Below, piece by piece: positions 27,780 through 40,029 of a DNA stretch of 64,000 bases. The notes beneath the pieces were generated by a model. The model was not told where the DNA came from. It ran no database searches and worked only from the letters and a program-made list of their open reading frames with translations. The first letter of the stretch is position 1. Each line of letters starts with the position of its first letter. Source of the stretch: Octopus vulgaris (Eukaryota); the NCBI GenBank assembly GCA_951406725.2, contig OX597839.1, positions 8,618,001-8,682,000 on the forward strand, in the 5' to 3' direction. Both the position numbers and the translations under genes were made by a program.

Positions 27780-28231
27780 TTTTTATCTTTTACGTGTTCC
27801 AGTTATGGGGCATCGCCTTGCAGAATTTTTAGAGGCAAAAATCGGTCCCAGTACTTATGTATTGCTAAACCTGATGCTTATTCTATCAGTCGCTTTTGGT
27901 CGAACCGTTAATGTTACAGAAATGTGAACATGCCAAAAGCGGTTGTCAAGCAGTTGTGGACAAACAGACACGAACACACACACACACACACGTGTTTGTG
28001 TGTGTTTGTGTATGTATATTCGTGTCTGTTTGTCCACCACAACTGCTTTTGGCATGTTCACACACACACACGACGGACTTCTTTCAGTTTCCGCCTGCCA
28101 AATCCATTCACAAGGTTTTGATCGGCCTGAGGTACAAAAGAAGATACTTGCCCAAGGTGTCACACCGTGGGACTGAACCCGAACTATGTTGTTGGGAAGC
28201 TAGCTTCTTACCACATAACCACGCCTGCGCC
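27780..28231 (-). mobile_element. SINE family A (diverged) with internal inverted duplication
   Basis: Homologous to family A; 27923-27974 is inverted at 28019-28062. Confidence 0.82.
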
Positions 28232-28384
28232 AGTCATAATGAAGTCGAGAACAATTAAGTAACCAGGGCTATCATAATAAGTCTGTCTACAGCGGGAAGC
28301 CGAGCATTTGAGCGGTCGTTACACTTTACTCGCACACCAGCCTGTTACAGGGTTAACCTCAGGTGCTGTTGCTGATGATGGTGG

Positions 28385-28514
28385 TGGTGGTACAGACGAA
28401 TGGACTGGATGGATATGCATTGCTCTAGGGACACAGTGTGCCACTCGGTCCGAGAATCGAACTCACGTCTTTATGTCATGAGCTCAGCGTCCTAACCACT
28501 AGGTTGCGTGCCTT
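28385..28514 (-). mobile_element. SINE family C head (diverged)
   Basis: tRNA-like head GGCACGCAACCTAGTGGTTAGGACG...GAGTTCGATTCTC. Confidence 0.65.
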
Positions 28515-28530
28515 CACTTCTAGCAGTAGT

Positions 28531-28927
28531 GGGAAGAAGAAGAAGAAGAAGAAGAAGAAGAAGAAGAAGAAGAAGAAAAAGAAGAAGAAGGAGGAGGAGG
28601 AGGAGAGGAGGAGGAGGGAGAAGAGAAGGGTGTGGAAAAGGAAAGGAAGCGGAGAAGGGAAGGAAGATTAGAAGGGAAGGAAGATGAGGAGATGAAGACG
28701 AGGAGAAGGGAAGGAAGGCGGGGAGGAAAAGGAGAAGGGGAGAAGGAAAAGAGGCGGGAACGAAAAAAGGAGGGAAAGAGGTGGGAAAGAAAAGAGGAGG
28801 GAAAGAAAAGAGGAAGGGAAGGAGGAGGAAAGGAAGGAAGGAAGGAAGGAAGGAAGGAAGGAAGGAAGGAAGGAAGGAAGGAAGGAAGGAAGGAAGGAAG
28901 GAAGGAAGGAAGGAAGGAAGAGGAGGT
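28531..28927. repeat. Polypurine tract (GAA)n/(GGA)n/(GGAA)n
   Basis: Read directly. Confidence 0.93.
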
Positions 28928-29562
28928 AATGGAAGTCTGATTGCGCTCCGTTTATGTCCTTCTCCGAGAGGCTAGAAAAGAATTTAAGTTAAAAAACTTT
29001 AATTTGACCAGAATATCGAAACCTGGACTCGATCTGCTTAGAAATACAACCAGCGCCCAATAGATCGAGGCTAATGTGGGCGAGTGACCCGTATTTTAAT
29101 AATAATGAGGAAAAAAAAATATCACTAGGCTTGCCCCTATAAACTACTTCCGGCCTCATAACTTACAAAAGGTAAACTGCAAGTATAACAAGAATGTTTC
29201 ACAATTTCATCCTGATTGAATCTTTACTTTCTCGGTTCATATCACAAATAGCTTTGTCTTGGTGTATATAACGGTGTATAAATGTTGTCGAGCAAATGCT
29301 CAAGGCAAGAAATATCTCCATTATGTTTTATTGTGCGTAACATAATTTTCGTCTAATACTATTCGTCCATTTTTGGTAAATTTCATTTGTGAAACAATAC
29401 GTAGTTTCAAGAAGCAGCCATAAGCTTACCAGCACGTGTTAGAAATAATTGTTAGACAAGCTTTAATGTACAGAAGGATCTAATGTGTGAGTGTGCAGGA
29501 ATGGGGTAGGCGCAGAATGGCTGACTGGTTAAGAAATTAGCTTTCCACCTGCGAAGGTCTTG

Positions 29563-29935
29563 TTAGCGGTAATTCGTCTGCCGCTACGTTCTGAGTTCAA
29601 ATTCCGCCGAGGTCGACTTTGCCTTTCATCCTTTCGGGGTCGATTAATTAAGTACCAGTTACGCACTGGGGTCGATATCATCGACTTACTCCGTTTGTCT
29701 GTCCTTGTTTGTCCTCTCTGTGTTTAACCCCTTGTGGGTAGCAAAGAAATAGGTATTTCGTTTGCCGCTACGTTCTGAGTTCAAATTCCGCCGAGGTCGA
29801 CTTTGCCTTTCATCCTTTCGGGGTCGATTAAATAAGTACCAGTTACGCACTGGCGTCGATATGATCGACTTAATCTGCTTGTCTGTCCTTGTTTGTCCTC
29901 TCTGTGTTTAGCCCCTTGTGGGTAGTAAAGAAATA
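29563..29935 (+). mobile_element. Tandem pair of 5'-truncated SINE B1 copies nested in an old SINE A (about 29508-30010)
   Basis: Units 29568-29751 and 29752-29935 both begin at GGTA(A/T)TTCGT; the flanks are the two halves of an A head. Confidence 0.88.
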
Positions 29936-30227
29936 AGTTTAATCCTAACACGTTACTCCGTGGGCAAGTGTCATTTTCTGTAGCCTCGATATTCGATCCC
30001 ACTAAGTTTGTGAACGAAGTGGAGGAGAAGAAAGATGTGTACCAACCTGTTGGATGGATTATATCTGTTGTTCAAGAGTATCATATTGTTACGTACCGTG
30101 ACACGCTGATTCTATTAGAGATATCTGTATATTAAACTAAAGATTCAGTTGTTTGATCAGCTGAACAAGTTGTTCGTTAAATGAAAGTGGCCGAGCATTC
30201 CACAGACACGTGTATGTCTATGTAGAC

Positions 30228-30737
<510 letters not shown>

Positions 30738-31728
30738 CGCACATAGTTTATGTGCGACCGATAACGTTTACATTATTAGAGCGGTATTTGTTCTGGCTCT
30801 TCACATTACGAGTTCAAATCCCACCTTGGTTGCCTTTGCTTTTTATCCATTCGTATGTTGGTATAATACAATAAAGCGCCAGCCAAATACTGGGGTTGAT
30901 AGCATCGACTAGCCTTAGACTTAAATGTTGCTGGCCTTGTGCCTAATTTAGGAACCGCATACGTAGATGCGCGCGCATTAAATACAAACACGTACATATA
31001 CGTAACACGAAGACGGAACGGAACGGAGGAAGAAAATCGTATATGGACGCTAGTTAAGTCGTCAGTATTAACGTATTTAATGCATTGAGCAGTTAAAAGG
31101 CTAATTAAAAAATGTATATACAGACAGTTTGCTTGTATCTCTCTCTGTCTGTCCCTATATATTCTTTTCTCCCTCACATACACATTCACTCATACGCACG
31201 CACATACTTCGTTCTCTTTTTCACTGTTTCCCCTCTACTCCCTACCTCTCTCTCTCTCTCTCTCTCTGTACACAAACACACAGACATCATATCACACGTA
31301 TATACACAAAGATACATCTATATACACATATATATATATACACACAAACACACTCATTCATATTTCTTCGTGTTTCTGAAGAGCAGCGTATTGTTTGGCT
31401 GAAGTCAAGTGGAAAAAAAAATAGAAAAACCTTTATCAATGGAGCGTAACGAATATATTTTGTCTGCCTTCCATTATAGATGCCTCTATCAGCACTTTAT
31501 TAGAAGTGTCAGCAATGATGCTGCACAGGGTGGTGGTGGTGGTGGTGGCGGTGGTGATGATGATGTTGAGGAGGTCGACGACGACGACGGCAGCAGCGCT
31601 GATGAACATCATGGTGGAGGTGGCGCTAGTGGTGGATGTTATGATTTTGATTGTAGTGACGGGAATGGCGTTGGTTGTGATGGCGGCGCTGCAGTGGTAA
31701 ATGCTATGCTGTTGTTACAAAAGTGGAT

Positions 31729-31783
31729 ATGTAGTAGTAGTAGTAGTAGTAGTAGTAGCAGCAGCAGCAGTAGCAGTAGCAGC

Positions 31784-31821
<38 letters not shown>

Positions 31822-31838
31822 CAGTAGTAGTAGTAGTG
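31729..31838. repeat. (GTA)n/(GCA)n trinucleotide array
   Basis: Read directly. Confidence 0.93.
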
Positions 31839-31904
31839 GGGAACAGACGAAGGCAATGGAAAACCGGTGATATGATACGGAGTGGTGGTATAATGCTGCG
31901 ATGT

Positions 31905-32135
31905 GGCGGCGAGCTGGCAGAAACGTTAGCATGCCGGGTGAAATGCGTAGCCGTATTTCGTCTGCCGTTACGTTCTGAGTTCAAATTCCGCCGAGGTCGA
32001 CTTTGCCTTTCATCCTTTCGGGGTCGATGAATTAAGTACCAGTGACGCACTGGGGTTGATGCAATTGACTTAATCCGTTTGTCTGTACTTGTTTGTCCCC
32101 TCTATGTTTAGCCCCTTTTGGGTAGTAAAGAAATA
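31905..32135 (+). mobile_element. SINE family B (B1), full length, young
   Basis: Perfect 18-bp TSD GGTATAATGCTGCGATGT at 31887-31904 and 32136-32153. Confidence 0.96.
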
Positions 32136-32381
32136 GGTATAATGCTGCGATGTGGTTAGCAATGGTGGTGGTGTGTTGTATGGTGCGGTGCAGTACGGCA
32201 CAGTATGGGGTAATACGGAGTGGCATGCTGTGATACTGTGTGAGTGGAAATGTGGGGGTAGCCTAGTGTCCATGGTGTTCGATTCGTGATGAAAAGGTTG
32301 TGAGTTCAATTCCTGGACCGAGCGAGTTGTTCCCTTGCGTAAGGTACTTCATTTCACGTTGTCCCAGTTTACTCAGCTGTA

Positions 32382-33254
32382 ATCATCATTGTTCGACCGT
32401 GTTCGAGACAATGGAATTTACTATGTTACGAGACAATGGAATTTACTATGTAAATTTACTATTTACGGTCCATCATAGCATTACGGAGGTTCTGTTGCTG
32501 GATGCCTGTATCCCTGGAGATTACATCAGGGTAGGATAGTGTGCGCCCTCTGGTATCGCTAGCTGATGGCTTCCAGAGGAGAAGAGTCGAAACTTCCTCG
32601 TTTTCAGCTCTACAACAATGTCCAGCAAACTGGACTCTTCTACCTTTCACAAGAGATGATACAGGTGGTAATTTCCCATATATTTGTACTTTGGTTGGAT
32701 GGCGCTTCCACGAGATATTTTGAGCTCTCATAAAGAGGCAGGTGTAAGTTCCATCCAACCGCCTCTCAAGCTTCTTTGATAACGTCCAGGTTTCTGAGCC
32801 ATATAGTAGATTTGGTTCGACTGTGGCTATGAAGATTTTAAGTTTGAAATCTCTACTTAGATTTGATGACCAGATCTTATACATATCATTGTCATTGACT
32901 ATGTGCTACGTATGACAGTTGATACCACTTCTGGTAAGGGCTTTGAAATAAAACCTAGAAGTTCCAGACATCCAGCTGAACACTTAACAGACACTGACTT
33001 TGCTGACAACATCGCTCTTATCAGTGATTCTCTCTCCAATTTCTTGAACAAGCCTCAAACTGTGTAAGTCTTTACCTCAATGAGTCCAAGACTGAATATG
33101 TAAACAAGTGCCTGTCCAACAGTGCTTTCATCATCCATACTCTCAACAATACGTTCTTAAATATGGTTTCTGATTACAAATATCTTGGGTCATACATATC
33201 ATAATCTGAAAAAGATTTTCTAACTAGAAAGGGTATGGCCTAGTCAGCCTGTAA
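32382..33254 (-). mobile_element. RTE/RTEX-type LINE, 5'-truncated with 5' inversion, inserted in a SINE C head
   Basis: Minus strand 32890-32382 encodes NDMYKIWSSNLSRDFKLKIFIATVEPNLLYGSETWTL...QFAGHC...IVNSIVSNTVEQ* plus a TGA tail; plus strand 32885-33254 encodes the preceding RT region IIVIDYVLR...DTDFADNIAL...YKYLGSYI...RKGMA*SAC. Confidence 0.93.
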
Positions 33255-33796
33255 GAGATCTATTTCTTGCAGTGATGTCGAAATTATAACACGGGTTAAA
33301 GTAATACCAACATGGGTCTTGGGTCACAAGCATTAGTCTTTGAAAAAAAATTCCTACAGTATCATGTTATGATGGGAGTTTACCCCCAAATACTTTTTTA
33401 TAGTAATGTATTATCTGTTATAATAAAGAAAACTTGATTAATTAGTATAGAGTATGTAATTTTTATTAAAAGACAACAATTATTAAGATCTGCACAGTCT
33501 AGAATACATATGATTGCTGGCTCGGGAACGAAATTTATTAAAAGTGTGCAAACCTAGGTCTAAAATTCCTTTACAAACAAGGTCTTATTGCTTTTGTTAG
33601 TTATTTTTGTTCTTTGTTCTTTGTTCTTTTGAGAAGAATCCAAACTTCAAGCTACTTTTCGCAGATCCCTTTTTACGCAGGCTTCTGAGCCTGAGAAAAA
33701 TGAGTAGGGATGCAAATTTTAATTTTGCACCCGTCCAAAAGTTTTGGAGGTGTGCTTGCGCTCCCTGCACTCCGTGTTCCTGGTCCCACGCATATA

Positions 33797-34106
33797 TCTA
33801 TCTATCTATCTATCTATCCGCTCAGTCGAAGTCGACTCTCGGTCACTCGTTGAATCAGTGTCCTCCAGTCAGTTCTATCCTGGGCCGCTTCTATCAGATC
33901 GGCTATGTCCATTCAGGTATCCCTCTTGATGGTGTCAAGCCATCGGGTTCTTGGTCGGCCTCTTCCTCACTTGCCACTGACCATTCCGAGCATGATGTCC
34001 TTCTCCAGGGATTTTCTCCGCATAATATGACCGAAATATGCCAATCTATGCTTGGTGATCCTAGCTTCTAGCGACATTTTCGGCCTGATCTGCTTAAGAA
34101 CTTCTC
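33797..34106 (-). mobile_element. BovB-like RTE LINE 3' end
   Basis: EVLKQIRPKMSLEARITKHRLAYFGHIMRRKSLEKDIMLGMVSGK*GRGRPRTRWLDTIKRDT*MDIADLIEAAQDRTDWRTLIQRVTESRLRLSG*, then a (GATA)n tail; CATATA on both flanks. Confidence 0.92.
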
Positions 34107-34573
34107 CATATAACGTGTGTTAAAACAATGTTTACATCAAACTAAAAGACATGAGTACGTTTAAGTGACACTGCGATAACAGGATAACGAAAGAAATTGT
34201 AATTTTCGACACGCAAGCAAAATGTTCACAATTACAGTCGTTATTGTTTCTAACTGTTACTAAGTTGTCACTTTCTCTGACGTATAATGTCATGTGACCG
34301 TTGTGTATGAAGAGAGAGGGAGGAGTTATTGATGTTGCATGTAGTCTTTTGAAAGATATTTTTTTTTTAGTTTACTTTATGTTGAATAACAAATGTTTGC
34401 CAGTGTCTTGTCTTTTCCGTTTATTATCTTATTTCCTTATTTAATTGCTTAAAACTGATTTCGTTATTGTTTAGCTTCAAGTCAGTAATCAAAGGAATTC
34501 AAATTTTACTGTTTCTCTCTATTTTTCTTTTTTGGCGTAGTATATTTTGAATGACATTATCCAATATGTACAA

Positions 34574-34968
34574 GGCGGCAAGCTGGCAGAAACGTTAGCA
34601 CGCCGGGCGAAATGCTTGCCGGTATTTCGTCTGCCGTTACGTTCTGAGTTCAAATTCCGCCGAGGTCGACTGTGCCTTTCATCCTTTCGGAGTCGATTAA
34701 ATAAGTACCAGTTACGAACTGGGGTCGATATAATCGACTGAATCCCTTTGTCTGTCCCTGTTTGTCCTCTCTGTGTTTAGTCCCTTGTGGGTAGTAAAGA
34801 AATAGGTATTTCGTCTGTCTTTACGTTCTGAGTTCAGATGCCACTGGGGTCGGCCTTTCATCTTTTCGGGGGTCGATAAATTAAGAACCTGTCAAGTACT
34901 GGGATCGATGTAATCGACTATCCCCCTCCCCACAAATTCCAGACCTTGTTCCTATAGCAGAAACGATT
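34574..34968 (+). mobile_element. Nested SINE B: young B1 inside older B2
   Basis: Inner duplication GGTATTTCGTCTG at 34621 and 34805; outer TSD ATTATC(C/T)AATATGTA at 34556 and 34966. Confidence 0.92.
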
Positions 34969-35192
34969 ATCTAATATGTATATCAGGTTTTTTAGACGAT
35001 GAAGTGTAGATTTGGCTTCTATTTCTAGCAAACCTGTAGAAGCTTTCTTCGATGGTTCGTGTTGTGTTCGGTGTAGGCGTGTTTGGACTTGTTCTGTTTA
35101 TCTTTCAGTCAGTCATTAGGCTGCGACCATACTGGGGCACCGCCTTGAATATTTACTGGGATGAATCAACCCCAGGACTTACCTTTTTTGAA

Positions 35193-35385
35193 GGCGGCGA
35201 GCTGGCATAATCGTCAGCAAGCCGGGCGAAATGCTTAGCGGCATTTCGTCCGTCCTTACGTTGAGTTCAAATTCCGCCGAGGTCGACTTTACCTTTCATC
35301 CTTTCGGGGTCAATAAAATAAGCACCAGTTGAGCAATAGCGTCGATACAACCGACAATCCCCGTTCCCCAAAAATTTCAGGCCTT
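35193..35385 (+). mobile_element. SINE family B, older B2 tail type
   Basis: B head and centre with a CCCC...AAAATTTCAGGCC tail running into (ATT)n. Confidence 0.85.
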
Positions 35386-35468
35386 ATTATTATATATTAT
35401 TATTATATTTCGTTTTTGGATTTGGTTTGCAAAATTCTTTATGTGAGTTTGTGTGTTGGAGCATATTC

Positions 35469-35656
35469 TGTTGTGTCGGAGGAGAGTCATTTTCTTTTTG
35501 TGTCTTATAGTTTAACACATTCACCGGTAAAATTTTCACTTATTTCTTATTTTTATAAAATAAAAAAAAATAAAAACAAGAAATAAGTGGAAATTTTACC
35601 GGTGAATGTGTTAAACTATAAGACACAAAAAGAAAATGACTCTCCCCAGACACAAC

Positions 35657-35657
<1 letters not shown>
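35469..35657. repeat. Long fold-back: 88-bp arms, about 13-bp A-rich spacer
   Basis: 35469-35556 is the reverse complement of 35570-35657 with about 4 mismatches; flanked by (ATT)n on the left and (AAT)n on the right. Confidence 0.95.
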
Positions 35658-35697
<40 letters not shown>

Positions 35698-35736
35698 CAT
35701 CATCGTCCTCGTCATCATCATCATCATCATCATCAT

Positions 35737-35949
35737 GACGGCGAGCTGGCAGAATCGTTAGCATGCCGGGAAAAATGCTTAGCGACATTTCGTCCGTTTT
35801 TACGTTCTGAGTTCAAATCCCACCGAGGCCGATTTTGCTTTTCATCCTTCCGGGGTCGAGAAAATAAGCACCAGTTGAGCAGTGGGGTTAATGTAATCGA
35901 CTTACCCCCTCCTCTTAAATTACTGGACTTGTGCCAGAATTTGAAACCA
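35737..35949 (+). mobile_element. SINE family B, older subfamily
   Basis: B head and centre; tail GGACTTGTGCCAGAATTTGAAACC. Confidence 0.85.
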
Positions 35950-36712
35950 ACACATGTCCAGCAATGTTTATGCTGGTAATTCTGATGGATATCGGGAACT
36001 GTAATTCTGTAGACTCTTGATGAAAGTGATGCCAATCAGGCAGTTTTTTTTTTAATTAGTGAGTATTTTTATTTAGTTCATTAACGTTTATTGTCTATTT
36101 TCAAGACAGATTGTCTGAGTCGAGCGTACAGTAATGGACAGCTTGTCAGAGTAGATTTTGAGAAAGTCTGACACGAGTCGTGGGAGATAGATGTGTCTAG
36201 TTGGATCGGTTACTGTTGCCGCTGATGCTGTGTAGCCTCAGGTCAGCAAGTTTATGATTAAAGGCATTCCAGCCGTGATCATTCCATCTGTTTTATATGA
36301 GCAAAAAACCCAAATCAACATAAACCGATGTGTTCTTTTCTAAGTGTTGCGCCGTTCAAATCCCCACCCCTCTCTCTCTCTCTCTTCCACTCTTGCTTTT
36401 TCTCTCCTTTTTCTTCCTCTCCTTCCTTCTTATCATTTCTTCCTCTGCCCCTATCCTTCTCTATAATTCTACGTCTTTCTCTTTCTTTTCCTCTTCAGTC
36501 TACACTTCTCCCTCTCTACGTTCAACCGACGTTCCAGAAGTGAGCAACCTGTTATTTTTCACAATGTCAGGCTGTGTTCTTTTATCTTTTATCCTTCTTT
36601 TACTGGTTTCATTTATTAGACTGCGGCCATGCTGGGGCACCGTTTGAAGAATCTTTAGTCAAACGAATCGACCCCGTTACTTTGTTTTATTAAGTGTAGC
36701 ACTTATTGTGAA

Positions 36713-36821
36713 GGCGCATGGATCAGTGGTTAGAGTGTTGAGCTTACGATCGCGAGGTTGTGAGTTCGAATCCCGGACCGGGCTGCGTGTTGTGTTCTTG
36801 AGCAAGACACTTTATTTCACG
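36713..36821 (+). mobile_element. SINE family C head (tRNA plus CORE)
   Basis: GGCGCATGGATCAGTGGTTAGAG...GAGTTCGAATCCC...CTTGAGCAAGACACTT. Confidence 0.8.
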
Positions 36822-36837
36822 TCTGGGAAGTCTGGGA

Positions 36838-37360
36838 AGACGATAATGACGATAATGATGACGACAACGATGATTACGACGACGGTGATGATGACAACGG
36901 TGATGATGATGATGACGATGACCACGAAGATAACGACAATGATGATGACGACCACGAAGACAACGACGACGATGATAATGATAATAATGATGACGATGAT
37001 GATGACAACGATGATGACAACGGTGATGATGATGATGACGACGACCACGAAGATAATGACAATGATGATGACGACCACGAAGACAACGATGACGATGATA
37101 ATGATAATAATGATGACGATGATGATGACTACAACGATGATGACGGTGATGATGATGACGACGACTACGAAGATAACGACGATGATGATGATGACGATGA
37201 TAATGATAATAATGATGACGGTGATGATGACGACGACGACGATGACGATGATGACGATGATGATGACGATGACGATAATGATGATGATGACGACGATGAC
37301 GATGATGATGATGATGACGATGATGATGATGACGATGACGATGATGATGACGATGATGCT
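36838..37360. repeat. Degenerate (GAT/GAC)n array with about 123-bp higher-order period
   Basis: The block containing GACCACGAAGA recurs at about 36900, 37023 and partly 37145. Confidence 0.88.
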
Positions 37361-37879
37361 GCTGTTGTTGTTGACACTATCAATGTTGCTGTTGCCACAA
37401 GTGCTGCTAGGATTGCTGATAATTGACTACAGAAGAAGAACAAAAAAAAAACAAGTGTTAATATAAAGTATATCTTTTTATAGTTGTTGTTGTTGTTGCT
37501 GCTGCTACCGATGCTGTTTTGCAACAACTGCTGCTGCTGCTGCTGCTTTTGTTGTTGTTAATATTTTTGATGTTGTTATTCTTGTATTTCACAAGGTTTT
37601 CGGTTAGGGTGGAGGGGGGGGCGTATTTTTTTAGCAATTTTTCTACTCGCATTATCCAGATATTGTTATTGTATATTTGGTGTTGTTTCTGTTTGTTTTT
37701 AATGGTTGCTGTTATTGTTGTTATTGTTTTTGCTGTTACTGTTGGGTATTTTTTGGAGTTTTTTTGTTGATTATTGTTATTGATGTGTTGTTGTTGTTGT
37801 TGTTGCTGTTGTTGTTGTTGTTGCTGCTGCTGTAGAAGTGGTTATATTTTCAGTAGGTTTTATTGACTGTTTTCAGTGA

Positions 37880-37922
37880 CAGGAAGAGATAGAGAGAGAC
37901 CGAAAGAGAGAGAGAGAGAGAG

Positions 37923-37983
<61 letters not shown>

Positions 37984-38088
37984 ACCGAAAGAGAGAGACA
38001 GAGGTGAAGAACGTGGGTATCAGAAAGAGCAAAATAAATTATTGCAAAAAAGACAGGAAACAGCAGTATTTTATAAAAGATTAGTGAA

Positions 38089-38140
<52 letters not shown>

Positions 38141-39170
38141 AAATAATGTGAAAGAGAGAGTGGAAGGGGAGATGAGAGGGATGAGAAAAGGAGAGAAAAG
38201 AGATGATAGGGAGAAAGAAAATGAGAAAGAGACAGATAGAAAAATGGCAGAGCAAAATAAAGATATAAAGGCAAAAAACGAGGGAGGACGGGAAGCAGAG
38301 GTAATGGATACAAAAAGGGAGGGGGTAAAAGCGAGACAAAGAAAGAAAGAAAGAAAGAAGTGAAGAGGAAAATGTCGAAAATATGGCGAAGACATGAAAA
38401 CAGAAGAATTGTTTCAGTATTTCATTGAAGAAATGAAGGGGAACTAACTGTGTAAAGCATGTAGCATGAAATAAAGATAAATGACTCTGGAGAAAGATTG
38501 GTGAGAGAGAGGGTGAGTTTGAAATAGAGAATGCAGGACAAAGAGAATAGGGGTTGGAGAATTAGAAGTGGTGAGAGAGAGTGAGTGAGAGATATCAAGG
38601 GAGAGAAGGTGAATGAAAATGAAAGAGTGAATGTAGAAAGGAAGATAAATTGTTATAGGGAGATGGTTAGAGTAGATACCAAAAAATGGGTCCAAAGAGA
38701 GAGTGAGTGAGTGAGTGAGTGAGTGAGTGAGTGAAATAATAAGAGGGTGAGTGAGGGAGTAGGAGGGATTAAAAAGACCAGTCAAAAAATGGTGGAATTA
38801 AAGAGAGTTGTAATGAATGAGAGCAAGTGAGTGAAAAAGAGGGAGAGAGAGGGAGAGTTGAAATAGAGGGAGAGAGATAAGGGATAAGGGAGTTGGTGAG
38901 GGTCGAGGGTAGAAAGGAAGCGGAAGTGGGGGAGGGGGAAGAATAAAGACAAAAAAGAAAATAATTGTAGAAATTCGTAAGAGAGAATTAGAAAAGTAAT
39001 GGAGGTTAACAAAATTGAACCATACTGCATGAAATAAAGATAAATGGTAAGAGGGGGTAGCTGTGGGAGAGAGGGGGAAGAATAATGAGCATGAATGAGA
39101 GAACAAGAGAGAGTGAGACAGAGAGAGAGAGAGAGGTGGAAGTAAATAGGGAGTGTAAGAGGGAAGATAA
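37880..39170. repeat. (GA)n and long purine-rich low-complexity tract
   Basis: Read directly. Confidence 0.85.
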
Positions 39171-39204
39171 AATTATATATATAGATATATATATATATAG
39201 ATAT

Positions 39205-39469
39205 ATGTATAACAAATTAATAAATAAAACATATGCATATACACATACATATATGTACGTACCTACCTCTACATGTATATATACATGCATATATGGGTAC
39301 AGGACACCAAAAAAAGCGTCGAACACAATGAGAAACGAAAACATAAACACAAAACCAAGGAAATGGACATTTTTCTTAAACAACGAAAACATAGAGTACA
39401 GGACATACAAAACAAGGAAAATTCCCCTTCTTCAGTCGCCTCTGTTTCATCTACTCCGCGTTACGAAGG

Positions 39470-39471
<2 letters not shown>
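39205..39471 (-). mobile_element. Repeat family F (probable Penelope-type terminal repeat), copy 1
   Basis: Homologous to 47088-47360 and 53075-53298; flanked by (TA)n. Confidence 0.75.
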
Positions 39472-39542
<71 letters not shown>

Positions 39543-40029
39543 AGAGAAGAAGAAACAAGGTGTGCAGAAGGACAATGGGAGATAAAGTTGGAAAAGAGAA
39601 AAGGCGAGAGAAAGAGTAAAAGAAAGATGAGAGATTAGCAGAAGGAGATTAGCAGGAGAAACGAGAGAAAGAGATAGAGAGTAGGAAGGAGATAAGAAGA
39701 ATGTGATAATGAGGGAGGGAAGGAAAGAAACACAGATAGACAGATGTTTCGGTTGCAGTTGAAGTGAGAGAAGGGCTCAAATTTAAACTGATTTCAAATC
39801 CAAAATTGTGGAGACACAAAAAGAGACTCGAAGAAGCTTGAATTGAGAAGTAATTGACATTTGTATTCGAATGAAGTTGCATGTACAAGATGATGTTTCG
39901 CTGGAATCATACACAGATCTTGAAGGTATTAAGTAGTTAAACACTTAATGTGTCATATTTTAAACAACAGTTCACCACTAGAGGGAGGGTAGTGACTGTT
40001 TTATATTTTTGCATCAATTAATAAAGGCA

